This document shows, piece after piece, positions 15,026 to 24,478 of a stretch of DNA of 24,513 bases. The stretch comes from Kofleriaceae bacterium. Lineage in GTDB: Bacteria; Myxococcota_A; Polyangia; Haliangiales; Haliangiaceae. The stretch is from positions 1 to 24,513 of the forward strand of contig DATDCH010000924.1 in NCBI GenBank assembly GCA_036524455.1, in the 5' to 3' direction. The notes beneath the pieces were generated by a model. That model was not told the DNA's origin, did no database searches, and worked only from the letters and a program-made list of their open reading frames with translations. A program made the position numbers and the translations under genes. Position 1 is the stretch's first letter. Every line of letters begins with the position of its first letter.

Positions 15026-16339
15026 ATGAGGCGGGCCCTGCTGTGCATTGGTTTGGCTGCATGCGGCGGCGGCGGCGGCGGCGGCGACGACACCGGTAAC
15101 GGCGATGGCGGCTCGACCGTCGACGCACCACCTCCGGAGACACCACTCAACGAACGGCTCACGGTCTCGACGGTGATGGCCGCGGGCGGCGTGATGGCGG
15201 GCGACTCGAACTACCGCATCTGGGGCAGCTCGAGCCTGCGCATCTCGCCCGTGTTCACGGTGCCGATGGCTGATTGCACGACGCTCGTCGGTTACACGAC
15301 CGGCACGATGCCGACCGCGCGCGTCGCGAAGCTCGACAAGAACGATCAGCTCGTCACCACGTTCGATCTCGGCAGCTTCGAGGTGCGTGGCCTTGCGGGC
15401 GAGCCCGATGGCCACTTCGCCGCGTTGCTGTGGGACGGCCAGCAAACGCTCTACGTCAAGCGCTTCGCTGCGGACGGCGCACCGGGCTGGACCGCGTCGC
15501 TCGACGATCCGCTCGCCGTGCCCGACGACTTCAACATCGGCGAGAGCCGCCTCGCATACAACGGTGGCAAGTACGCGGCCTACTACCACGTGCACGGCAT
15601 CTCGGGGTTCGCGAACGGTCACGAGGGCGATCAGCTGAAGACCGTCGACGCCGCAAGCGGCACGGTCGCGACGCGCTGGCAGTGGGGCTGCTCGCACAGC
15701 ATGAGCGAGCTACTCGCGCCGAACGGCACGGACTTCCTCGCGGCGTGCGTGACCGATTGCTTTCCGGGCACGAGCGGCGACTTCGCGACGAACAGCATCG
15801 GCGGCATCTACCTCGATCACGATGCGAAGAAAGTGCTGAACGTCGACGCCGCTTGCAACGGCAGCGTCGCCGGCGAGCTCGGCAGCCTCGCACCCGCCGC
15901 GTCGGGCTGGCGCCTCGTGTTCAACGCGCATCAGAATCCGGCGACGCCCGGTTCGACTTCCTACAGCCCGTCGACGATGAATCAAGACATCGGCTTTGTC
16001 GCGATCGCCGCCGATCGCACGCCGGCCTCGGTCGCGTGGCTCACCACGACGAGCGTCAACGAGGCGAATGCATCGATCGCGCGCTGGCAACCGGTCGGCG
16101 ACGATCGCGAGCAGTACGTCGTCGGTTGGAGCCAGGCGATGACGTACACGCTCGCGCAGATCGCGGCAAGCGGCGACGAGCTCAGCAAGGTCGAGATCAC
16201 CGGCACCGCGAAGTGGGGCGAGCGCGACGATCCGTTCCGGGTCGCACCGAACGGCGACATCGTGTGGGCGTGGTTCGACATGGCGGGCGCGACGCAGTTC
16301 AAGATCGCGCGGCTCGGCACCGGCGCGCAGTGCAACTGA
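15026..16339 (+). CDS. hypothetical lipoprotein with a poly-Gly linker
   Basis: 437 aa. Lipobox in MRRALLCIGLAACGGGGGGGDD. The poly-Gly stretch is encoded by (GGC)7 at 15065-15085. The protein is rich in Gly/Ser/Thr/Asp. No family recognised. Confidence 0.65.
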   Translation: MRRALLCIGLAACGGGGGGGDDTGNGDGGSTVDAPPPETPLNERLTVSTVMAAGGVMAGDSNYRIWGSSSLRISPVFTVPMADCTTLVGYTTGTMPTARVAKLDKNDQLVTTFDLGSFEVRGLAGEPDGHFAALLWDGQQTLYVKRFAADGAPGWTASLDDPLAVPDDFNIGESRLAYNGGKYAAYYHVHGISGFANGHEGDQLKTVDAASGTVATRWQWGCSHSMSELLAPNGTDFLAACVTDCFPGTSGDFATNSIGGIYLDHDAKKVLNVDAACNGSVAGELGSLAPAASGWRLVFNAHQNPATPGSTSYSPSTMNQDIGFVAIAADRTPASVAWLTTTSVNEANASIARWQPVGDDREQYVVGWSQAMTYTLAQIAASGDELSKVEITGTAKWGERDDPFRVAPNGDIVWAWFDMAGATQFKIARLGTGAQCN

Positions 16340-16357
16340 GCGTCGCCGTCGAGCGGA

Positions 16358-16783
16358 TCAGCCGAGCAAGTACGCGCTGACCACGAACCGCCACATAAAC
16401 AACATGCCGGCGCGAGCGAACGCCGCCAAGCCGATCACGACGCCGAGCTTCGCGCGGCCTGGTAGCGCCTGCCACGTGCGGATGGTGCGGTGCCCGGCTT
16501 TGCGCAACGGCGGCTCGGCGCGATCGAGCAGCTTCGTCAACCGGTGCGAGTGACTCGCCACGAGCGCGAGGCCGAACACGATCAACGGCAGGCCTGGCCC
16601 GGGCATGAACAAGAGCACGATGCCTACGATCAGCAGTACGATGCCCAACCCGAGAAAGATGAAGTGATGCGACCGCGACTTCTTCTTCATGCGCGCGCGG
16701 TGGTTCTCGAACCGCGTCCCCGGCGAGTCGACACGAAAGTGGTGCCATTCGTGTTTGAGCTCGGCGAGTGCGCCCATCAGCAA
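16358..16783 (-). CDS. PGPGW-family small transmembrane protein
   Basis: Contains the family's signature transmembrane segment GIVLLFMPGPGLPLIVFGLALVA. An alternative start at MKKKSRSHHFIF (about 16690) would give a shorter protein. Confidence 0.55.
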   Translation of the reverse strand: MLMGALAELKHEWHHFRVDSPGTRFENHRARMKKKSRSHHFIFLGLGIVLLIVGIVLLFMPGPGLPLIVFGLALVASHSHRLTKLLDRAEPPLRKAGHRTIRTWQALPGRAKLGVVIGLAAFARAGMLFMWRFVVSAYLLG

Positions 16784-16810
16784 GGCTAGCGCCCCGCAAG
16801 CGCGCGGCTA

Positions 16811-17122
16811 TCAGGAATTCAACTTGAGCGCTGCTGACACACGCTTCACGGTGGCGAGCTCGTGAGGCGACAGGCGGCCATCCGCCGACGCTGCGTCCAC
16901 CAGCAGCTCCACGATGGCGCGGCGTTCGTCTTCCGATAGTTGGTTGACGATCGGCTCGGCCTCGTCCCAACCCTCGAGGTCGATGACGCGCTTGCGTTCG
17001 TCGTCGGTGAGACCGAGCTTCGTCATCATGTTCGCCAGGAACTCGCGCTCCCCATCGGACATCATGCCGTCGGCTACGAGCACCTTGGAGACGAGCAGGC
17101 ACTTCGCGACGTTCGTGTTCAT
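16811..17122 (-). CDS. TerB-like (tellurite-resistance TerB / DjlA-N-like) small protein
   Basis: 103 aa from ATG 17122: MNTNVAKCLLVSKVLVADGMMSDGEREFLANMMTKLGLTDDERKRVIDLEGW...LSEDERRAIVELLVDAASADGRLSPHELATVKRV. This is the typical TerB-like paired-helix pattern. The rest of the 596-aa track ORF is Arg-rich antisense of the RluA gene and is rejected. Confidence 0.55.
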   Translation of the reverse strand: MNTNVAKCLLVSKVLVADGMMSDGEREFLANMMTKLGLTDDERKRVIDLEGWDEAEPIVNQLSEDERRAIVELLVDAASADGRLSPHELATVKRVSAALKLNS

Positions 17123-17149
17123 AGCGCTGGACTGTATGCTGAGCCCGCG

Positions 17150-18745
17150 ATGCTCGTCACGTACATCGACGCGCCGATGCCGCGGCCCGCGCGAATGCCG
17201 AGCCCGTTCGGCGACGCGCATCCGCTGGCGCAGCACGCTGCATCGCTGCTGCGCCGCGAGCTCGCCGGTGGTCTCGCGAGCCGGCTCGCCCTCGCCGAGG
17301 ACGGCAAGATGTTCGGTGTGCTCGTCGTCGCCGATCGCGAAGGTCGGCTCGGGTTCTTGAAGGCGTTCTCCGGCATGGTGCGCGGCCAGTGGATGCTCGA
17401 TGGCTTCGTGCCGCCGGCGTTCGATGTCGATGCGCGCGACGCGTTCTGGCCCGCCGGTGAGTGCGAGCTCGCCGAGATCGGCGCGCGGATCATCCAGCTC
17501 GACGTGCTGATCGCGCCGATCCAAGCCGAGCTTGCAGCGCTCGCTGCGCGTCACGACGCAGAGCTCGTCGCGATCCGCGACCGCCATCTCGCCAGTCGCA
17601 ATGCGCGCCGCGCGCTGCGTGCGACGCACGGCTCGTCGTCCGAGCTGGACCACCAGAGCCGTGGTGACGGCGCCGAACGGCGAGCTCTCGATGCACGACA
17701 TGCGACCGAGCGCGCGACCATCACCGAACAGCTGCAACCACTCGTCCGCGAGCGCGACGAGCTCGATGCACTGCGCGTCGCGAAATCGCGCGGCTTCTTG
17801 TCGCGCATCCACGCGACGTACTCGCTGTCGAACGCACTCGGCGAGACGCGATCGCTCACCGACATCTTCGCGCCCGTCGCGCCGCCTGGTGGCGCGGGCG
17901 ATTGCGCCGCACCGAAGCTGCTCGCGTATGCGTATCGCCATCGGTTCACGCCGATCGCGCTCGCCGAATTCTGGGTCGGCGCGCCGCCGGCGACCGGTGG
18001 CCGCAGCGATGGCCAGTTCTATCCGGCGTGCCGCGGCAAGTGCGGCCCGATCCTCGCGCACATGCTCGCGGGCCTCGACGTCGAGCCGGCGCCCCGGTTC
18101 GGCGATGCGCCGATCGATCCGGCGCAACCGCTCACGTTGTTCGAAGATCGCTGGCTCGCGATCGTCGACAAGCCGATGGGCCTGCTGTCGGTGCCCGGCA
18201 AAGGCACGCTGATCGACTCGGTGCAAACGCGACTGCGCGCTCGCTACCCCGCAGCTACCGGACCGCTGGTCGTGCACCGCCTCGACCTCGATACCTCGGG
18301 CTTGTTGCTCGTTGCCAAAGACCAAGCCACGTACGCCGCACTGCAGCGGCAGTTCGCGGACCGCGCGATCGACAAGCGCTATGTCGCGTGGCTCGCGGGC
18401 GAGGTCGCGAGCGATGGTGGCGTGATCGACCTGCCGTTGCGCGTCGATCTCGATGACCGGCCGCGCCAGATCGTCGACGAGAAACACGGCAAGGCCGCGG
18501 TCACCGAATGGCACGTGCTCCAGCGTGGACCAGGGCGTACGCGAGTTGCGCTGATGCCGCGCACAGGCCGCGCACATCAGCTGCGCGTGCATGCAGCGCA
18601 TCCACGCGGTATTGGCGTGCCGATCGTCGGTGACCGCCTCTATGGGAGCCCTGACGCGCGGATGATGCTACACGCCGAGGCGATCGGTTTCGTTCACCCG
18701 CACACACGGGAGCACCTCGTACGGCACAGTGTTGCGCCATTCTGA
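17150..18745 (+). CDS. RluA-family pseudouridine synthase with a ~330-aa N-terminal extension of unknown function
   Basis: The C-terminal half has RluA motifs (LAIVDKPMGLLSVPG; catalytic HRLDLDTSGLLLVAKD; AHQLRVH). In-frame ATG at 17150 (MLVTYIDAP...); the track ORF starts earlier at 16940, overlapping the divergent TerB-like gene. Confidence 0.75.
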   Translation: MLVTYIDAPMPRPARMPSPFGDAHPLAQHAASLLRRELAGGLASRLALAEDGKMFGVLVVADREGRLGFLKAFSGMVRGQWMLDGFVPPAFDVDARDAFWPAGECELAEIGARIIQLDVLIAPIQAELAALAARHDAELVAIRDRHLASRNARRALRATHGSSSELDHQSRGDGAERRALDARHATERATITEQLQPLVRERDELDALRVAKSRGFLSRIHATYSLSNALGETRSLTDIFAPVAPPGGAGDCAAPKLLAYAYRHRFTPIALAEFWVGAPPATGGRSDGQFYPACRGKCGPILAHMLAGLDVEPAPRFGDAPIDPAQPLTLFEDRWLAIVDKPMGLLSVPGKGTLIDSVQTRLRARYPAATGPLVVHRLDLDTSGLLLVAKDQATYAALQRQFADRAIDKRYVAWLAGEVASDGGVIDLPLRVDLDDRPRQIVDEKHGKAAVTEWHVLQRGPGRTRVALMPRTGRAHQLRVHAAHPRGIGVPIVGDRLYGSPDARMMLHAEAIGFVHPHTREHLVRHSVAPF

Positions 18746-18782
18746 GGTGATTTTGTGCAGATGGGTTTGCTAGGGTGAAGCT

Positions 18783-19811
18783 GTGGGCCCCGCGAAAACG
18801 ATCGGCATCGACCTGTGGGCGGGGCAGGCGCGCGGGGTGCAGAACGTCGCGACGTGTTATCGACCCGCACCGCGCACCAGCGGCGCGAAATCGATGCGGT
18901 CGCTGTTCATCGGCGCGTACGCGAAGTTCGCTTCGCTGTGCCGCGATGTCGACGAGCCTGGCCTGGCGCTGCTCGCCGTCGACGAGCTGACCGGCGCGCC
19001 CGCCGGGCTCGTGCGATTGCGCGCTCGCTTCGGTCGGCACGTGGCGGCGATCGTCGGGCGTCACGATCAATGTGATCTGTATCTGAGCAATCATGGCTCG
19101 CTCGCGCTGCGCCACCTCGCGATCGTTCTCGATCCCGTGCAGAGCTGGCGCCGCAACTCGAACACCGTGCGCTATCGCATCCTCGACCTGCGCACGTCGG
19201 ATGGCTTCACCGACGAACACGGCAAGGCGATGCGCGGCCTGCGCGCGGAAGGCCCAGCGTTCATGCGCTGCTCGGGGCACGCGATCTTCGTGCTGCCGGT
19301 CGGCGATCCGACCGACTGGCCCGAGAGCGGTAACGATGCGTGGGACATGTTGCCCGAGCGCGTCTACTTCGACGAGATGCGCGCGCAGCCGGATGGCTCG
19401 CTGACGAACCTGCCACTCGACTGCACGCGCAAGAGCATGATCTTTCGCACCCACGGTCCGCGCGATACCGGCGAAGCGCTCGTCGATCGCGGCGACATGG
19501 CCGGCACGCTCGAGCTGATGGGCGCGTCGCGCAGTGGCCGGCTCACGATCGGTGACAGCGCGCTACGCGACGGCGTGTTACTCGGCCGCTATGCCCGGTG
19601 CGATGGCGCCGAGCTGCTCGAAGACCTCTCGATGTCCCGCGTCCACATGCTGCTGCTGCATGCCGATGATGCGCTGCTCGCGATCGATACGTGCAGCCGC
19701 AATGGCTCGCACCTGCCGGGTCAGACACTTGCCCGCGTGATCGCGGTCTCGGGTGAAACCGAAATTCACCTGGGTAAACACACGCGCATTCGCTGGCGCT
19801 GGCACGCCTGA
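18783..19811 (+). CDS. protein with two FHA-like domains
   Basis: 342 aa. The C-terminal FHA signature is GRYARCDGAELLEDLSMSRVHMLLLH...IDTCSRNGSHLPGQ. An N-terminal FHA-like segment is GRHDQCDLYLSNHGSLALRHLAIVLD. The start codon is uncertain; an alternative ATG is at MRSLFIG. Confidence 0.55.
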   Translation: MGPAKTIGIDLWAGQARGVQNVATCYRPAPRTSGAKSMRSLFIGAYAKFASLCRDVDEPGLALLAVDELTGAPAGLVRLRARFGRHVAAIVGRHDQCDLYLSNHGSLALRHLAIVLDPVQSWRRNSNTVRYRILDLRTSDGFTDEHGKAMRGLRAEGPAFMRCSGHAIFVLPVGDPTDWPESGNDAWDMLPERVYFDEMRAQPDGSLTNLPLDCTRKSMIFRTHGPRDTGEALVDRGDMAGTLELMGASRSGRLTIGDSALRDGVLLGRYARCDGAELLEDLSMSRVHMLLLHADDALLAIDTCSRNGSHLPGQTLARVIAVSGETEIHLGKHTRIRWRWHA

Positions 19812-19827
19812 CGAATACACTCAGGGC

Positions 19828-21036
19828 GTGCGCATTGCGCTGATCGCTCTGGTCCTGGTGAGCCTTGCGGCCCCTGCATCGGCGCAAGCGCCGGGTCGCT
19901 ACAACGAGAGTGACTATCCAGTCGTCGAGCTCGTCACGATGGGCATCGGCGGTCTCATCTGGGAACGTCACGGCCACATCGCGCTGTGCGTGCGCTACGC
20001 CAATCGCAGCGACGACGCTTGCTACAACTACGGCATCGGCGACTTCCACAAGCCGCTGAGCATGGCGACCGGGTTCTTCCGCGGCACGAACAGCTTCTGG
20101 GTCGGCAAGATGAACCCAGGCATGATGCTGTCGATCTACCGCAATGCGGATCGCACGATCTGGGTGCAGCCGTTGCCGCTCACGCCCGAGCAGAAGCAAA
20201 AAGTGATCGCGAAGCTCGAGCGCGACATCCTCGACGAGAACCGCCACTACGCGTACGACCACTTCTGGGACAACTGCACGACGCGCGTGCGCGACGTGCT
20301 CGATGGCGCGGTCGACGGAGCGCTGCGCAAGATGGAAGGCCCGGTCGGCACCGAAACCTATCGCGACCTCGCGCGCAAAGGTTTCTTCGGCATGCGCGTG
20401 CCGCTGCTGATCACCGATGTCGCGATGGGCCGCGTCACCGACCAGGTCCCGACCTACTGGCAGCGGATGTTCTTGCCCGACTACATGCGCGAGGGGGCCG
20501 AGCGGTTCTGGGGCGTGAAACCAATCGTGATGTACGAACGTCGCGGCCCGCCGCCACTCGATGACGGGCCCAGCGGTCGCGTGTGGTTTGCGCTCGTCAT
20601 CTTGCTGCTCACGGCGCCCGCGTGGATCACGAAGCTCCTGGGCCGCTTCGAGCGCACCGGGCTCGCCGTCGCGATCATCCCGTACGCGTTCCTGGGCTTC
20701 GTGCTGACGTTTCTGGCCATCATTAGTCCACTGCCTTACGTACGGGCGAACAAGAGCTGCTTCGTGCTCATCCCGTTCGACATCCTGATGGTGTGGTTTT
20801 TGGCACCGCGTCATCGCCGGCTGTACGCCCGGGTCCGCGTCGGGATGATCGCGTTAGCCGCGCTGCTGCTTGCCATCGGTGTGTTCACACAGCCGATTTG
20901 GCCGATTCTGTTCTGGCCGCTCGTGCCGGCCGCGGTGGTCGGATTCTGGCCTGAACGCGCTGCAGCACAGACGTCCGGAAGCGATGCGAAGAAGCCGCAA
21001 CCGGCGACCAAAAAGGCCAGCGCCCGCAAGAGATAA
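19828..21036 (+). CDS. signal-peptide protein with a periplasmic domain, 3-4 C-terminal TM helices and a basic tail; possibly DUF4105/Lnb-like
   Basis: A GTG at 19828 gives VRIALIALVLVSLAAPASAQA, a signal peptide. The track's ATG at 19753 overlaps the FHA gene. A YDHFWDNCTT motif is present. The family call is tentative. Confidence 0.45.
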   Translation: MRIALIALVLVSLAAPASAQAPGRYNESDYPVVELVTMGIGGLIWERHGHIALCVRYANRSDDACYNYGIGDFHKPLSMATGFFRGTNSFWVGKMNPGMMLSIYRNADRTIWVQPLPLTPEQKQKVIAKLERDILDENRHYAYDHFWDNCTTRVRDVLDGAVDGALRKMEGPVGTETYRDLARKGFFGMRVPLLITDVAMGRVTDQVPTYWQRMFLPDYMREGAERFWGVKPIVMYERRGPPPLDDGPSGRVWFALVILLLTAPAWITKLLGRFERTGLAVAIIPYAFLGFVLTFLAIISPLPYVRANKSCFVLIPFDILMVWFLAPRHRRLYARVRVGMIALAALLLAIGVFTQPIWPILFWPLVPAAVVGFWPERAAAQTSGSDAKKPQPATKKASARKR

Positions 21037-21079
21037 ATCACAAAGGCCGGTTTCACCTGCATGCTAGGGTCCGCCGGCC

Positions 21080-24000
21080 ATGAGGACGAGGTGGATTAGT
21101 GCTTTGGCGCCGTGCGCCTTTCTGATCGCTTGTGCCGACACGCAAGCGATCGATCAGGGCAGCGTCGTCGCTGTCTCTTCAGATCACCGGGGCATGCCGC
21201 GCATGCTGCACGGCAGCGCGCTGCCGGCCGCACCTGCGGCGACCGCGATGGACTCCGCGCGCGAGCACGTCGAGCGACTGGCCGGCAGCTGGGGCGTCGC
21301 GCCCGGCACGCTGCCCGACCTCACCGCGATCGGTGAAGTGAAAGTCCTCGGCGGCACGATCGCGCGCATCGCGCAGACGATCGACGGTCTGCCCGTGTGG
21401 GGACGCGAGCTGCGCCTGCTCGTGCGTCCGGGTGGCAAGCTCGCGACCGCGAGCGGCACGCTGGTCGGCACGCTGACGCCTCGCGCACGCGCGCGGTTCA
21501 CGTTCGACAAAGCGGGCGCCATCGATCGCGCGGTGCTCGCGACGTACGGCGACCGGACCGGCGTCAACGTCGACGATTCGCTCGCGAGGCGCGTGTGGTT
21601 CCCCGCCCAAGATCGCTTGATCGCGGCGTGGGTCGTCGATGCATACACGAGCAAGGGCTCGGTCGATGGCGATGCGCATCGCACGATTCTCGATGGCACC
21701 ACCGGTCGCGTGCTCGCGCACTACAGCCTCGTCGCCGATGCAGCGTTCGACTACCGCGTGTTTGCCGACACGACCGGCGAGAAGCATCCGTTCGACGGCC
21801 CCACCGCAGATTCGACGCCGCACCCGTCGGGCACACCGACCGGCTTCTATCCGGCATACATCACGCCGAACCTCGTCAACGTCGATAGCCTGAGCGCGAC
21901 CGGCGATCCGTGGCTCGCCGCGGACGCGACCGAGACGAATGGCAACAACGTCGACGCGTACGCCGACTTCAACTCGCCGAACGGCCTGACCAACGGCGAC
22001 TTCCGCGCGACGCTCAGCGCTCCGGGCCAGTTCAACTACGTCTACGACACGGCGATCGATCCGATGGCGTCGACGAATCAGCAGAAGGCCGGCATCACGT
22101 CGCTGTTCTACAACATCAACTGGCTGCACGACTTCTGGTACGACGCCGGCTTCACCGAGGCTGCCGGCAACGCCCAGCTCTCGAACTTCGGGCGTGGCGG
22201 CGAGGAAGCCGACCCGATCAAGGCCGAGGCGCAAGACAACGCGCTCGGTGGTTCGCGGAACAACGCGAACATGGCGACGCCCGACGACGGCATGTCGCCG
22301 CGCATGCAGGTCTACCTGTGGAGCGGCAAAGACGAAGTCACGCTCGGCGTGGGGAGCCGCACGCCGCCCGCCGGTTCCGCATCGTGGGGGCCGAAAGACT
22401 TCGACGTCACCGGCCAGCTGATCGTCGGCACCGATCCCGACGGCCCGAATATGACCGACGGCTGCACGCCGCTGACGAATACCGTCACCGGCAAGATCGT
22501 CGTCGTCGATCGCGGCAACTGCACGTTCAAGCGCAAGGCGCTCAACATCCAGAACGCAGGCGGCATCGGCATGCTGCTCGTCAACAACGTGACCAGCACG
22601 TCGCCGCCCGGCATGGGCGAAGACTCGATGATCACGACGACCATCACGATCGCCGCACTGTCGGTCACGATGGCGGACGGCGCGACGATCAAGAGCGACA
22701 TCGCGGCCGGCACGGTCAGCGCAACGCTCCACCGCCGCAAGTTCCAGGAGCTCGACGGCTCGCTCGACTCCACGCTGATCGCGCACGAGTTCGGCCACTA
22801 CCTGCATCACCGGCTCAGCTTCTGCGAGAACAAGATGTGCCGCGCGATGAGCGAAGGCTGGGGCGATTTCCTCGCGCTCATCCTGCTCGCGCGTGCGGGC
22901 GACAACCTCGACGGTGCGTACCCGTTTAGCGTGTACACGACGCAGAGCTTCTCGCAGGACCCGGCGTACTTCGGCATTCGCCGCGCGCCGTTCAGCGTCA
23001 ACACGGATATCAACGCGCTGTCGTTCCGCCACATGGCCGACGGCGTGCCGACGCCGACCAACCACCCGTTCAACCCGTCGAGCGTGAACTCCGAAGTTCA
23101 CAACGCCGGCGAGGTGTGGGCCCAGGCGCTGTGGGAAGGCTACGTCGCGCTACAGAAGGCGGGCTCCGACTTCAACGCGGTGCGCGCGAAGATGGCGAAG
23201 TACATCGTCGCGGGCCTGCTGCTCGCGCCGAACGAAGCGTCGCCGATGGAAGTGCGCAACGCGATCCTCGCGGCGGTGCTGCCGACGAACCAAGCCGATC
23301 ACGACATCCTGATGGCGGCGTTCGCGCGCCGCGGTTTCGGCAGCTGTGCGGTCGCGCCGCCGCCCGAGAGCGTCGACTTCGTCGAGATCGAAGAGAGCGT
23401 GATCGTCGCCGGAAACCCGCAGCTCGCGGCATTCGTGCTCGAGGACAACTGCGACCAGGACGCCGTGCTCGACGCCGGCGAGACCGCGGTGCTGAAGATT
23501 CGCGTCGCGAACGAAGGCCACGCGCCGCTGACCGACGTGTCGATCGAAGTGACGTCGGCGGCCGCCGGCGTGACGATCATGACGCCACCGACGACAGTCG
23601 CCAAGCTCGATCAGTTCGCGACCACGGATCTCGAAGTCGAGGTCAAGCTCGAGGGCGCGACCGAGCCGGTAGCCGGCGATCTCCAGTTGACGATCAAGTC
23701 GACCGGCGGCTGCAAGCCGAGCGTGACGGTTCCGGTCGCGTTCCGGCTCAACGTCGACGATCAACTGGCCGCCTCGGCGATCGACACGTTCGACACCGCG
23801 ACCTCCGTGTGGGAGCCGTGGACGGCGGCGTGGCAACACATCCGCGAGTCGGCACTCGACGGAGCGTGGCACGGTGAGGATCTTCCGATCGGTTCCGACA
23901 CGCGCCTGACCTCGCCGCTGCTCGAAGCGAGCGCGACCGATCCGCTCGTGATCACGTTCCAACACGCGTACTCGTTCGAGCAGAGCGATGACACGAACTG

Positions 24001-24478
24001 GGACGGCGGCGTGATCGAGTACACGATCGATGATGGCGTGACGTGGGAAGACGTCCAGACGCTCGGAATCAACCCGGGCTATACCGGCACGCTGACCGCG
24101 GAGTCCGGCAACGAGCTCGGCGATCGCATGGCGTACGTCGGCGCGAATGCCGCGTATCCCGGCACCGAGACCATTCAGCTCGATTTCGGTACCCAGCTTG
24201 CCGGTAAGACGTTCCGCATCCGGTTCCGCATCGCGACCGACGCGGGGACGGGCGCACCGGGCTGGACCGTCGACGAGATCGGATTCGCGGGCATTGTCGG
24301 GACGCCGTTCCCGACGCAAGGCGCGGATGATGGTGTGTGTGACGACGACGTCGATCCCGACGATCCCGTCAAGAGCGGCGGCGGTGGCTGCTGCGATGCC
24401 GGCCCGCTGCGTGGCAGCTCGCTCGTGATGGCGCTCGGAGTCCTCGGGCTCGTGCTGCGTCGTCGTCGACGCCGCTGA
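21080..24478 (+). CDS. M36 (fungalysin)-type zinc metalloprotease lipoprotein with a PA-domain insert, a C-terminal beta-rich region and a MYXO-CTERM sorting signal
   Basis: 1132 aa. Lipobox in MRTRWISALAPCAFLIACAD. The HExxH motif is HEFGHYLHHRL, with the downstream EGWGDF pattern typical of fungalysin/thermolysin-like enzymes. The PA-domain motif is GKIVVVDRGNCTFKRKALNIQNAGGIGMLLVNN. The C-terminus GGGGCCDAGPLRGSSLVMALGVLGLVLRRRRRR* fits MYXO-CTERM. Confidence 0.8.
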   Translation: MRTRWISALAPCAFLIACADTQAIDQGSVVAVSSDHRGMPRMLHGSALPAAPAATAMDSAREHVERLAGSWGVAPGTLPDLTAIGEVKVLGGTIARIAQTIDGLPVWGRELRLLVRPGGKLATASGTLVGTLTPRARARFTFDKAGAIDRAVLATYGDRTGVNVDDSLARRVWFPAQDRLIAAWVVDAYTSKGSVDGDAHRTILDGTTGRVLAHYSLVADAAFDYRVFADTTGEKHPFDGPTADSTPHPSGTPTGFYPAYITPNLVNVDSLSATGDPWLAADATETNGNNVDAYADFNSPNGLTNGDFRATLSAPGQFNYVYDTAIDPMASTNQQKAGITSLFYNINWLHDFWYDAGFTEAAGNAQLSNFGRGGEEADPIKAEAQDNALGGSRNNANMATPDDGMSPRMQVYLWSGKDEVTLGVGSRTPPAGSASWGPKDFDVTGQLIVGTDPDGPNMTDGCTPLTNTVTGKIVVVDRGNCTFKRKALNIQNAGGIGMLLVNNVTSTSPPGMGEDSMITTTITIAALSVTMADGATIKSDIAAGTVSATLHRRKFQELDGSLDSTLIAHEFGHYLHHRLSFCENKMCRAMSEGWGDFLALILLARAGDNLDGAYPFSVYTTQSFSQDPAYFGIRRAPFSVNTDINALSFRHMADGVPTPTNHPFNPSSVNSEVHNAGEVWAQALWEGYVALQKAGSDFNAVRAKMAKYIVAGLLLAPNEASPMEVRNAILAAVLPTNQADHDILMAAFARRGFGSCAVAPPPESVDFVEIEESVIVAGNPQLAAFVLEDNCDQDAVLDAGETAVLKIRVANEGHAPLTDVSIEVTSAAAGVTIMTPPTTVAKLDQFATTDLEVEVKLEGATEPVAGDLQLTIKSTGGCKPSVTVPVAFRLNVDDQLAASAIDTFDTATSVWEPWTAAWQHIRESALDGAWHGEDLPIGSDTRLTSPLLEASATDPLVITFQHAYSFEQSDDTNWDGGVIEYTIDDGVTWEDVQTLGINPGYTGTLTAESGNELGDRMAYVGANAAYPGTETIQLDFGTQLAGKTFRIRFRIATDAGTGAPGWTVDEIGFAGIVGTPFPTQGADDGVCDDDVDPDDPVKSGGGGCCDAGPLRGSSLVMALGVLGLVLRRRRRR

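Noticed and set aside
16811-18601. 596-aa minus-strand ORF
   Set aside because: Only the last 103 codons (the TerB-like protein, 16811..17122) look real. The remainder is Arg-rich antisense of the RluA gene.
19543-23101. Minus ORFs 19543..20814 (423 aa) and 21179..23101 (640 aa)
   Set aside because: Antisense of the DUF4105-like and M36 protease genes. Arg/Asp-rich low-complexity composition.
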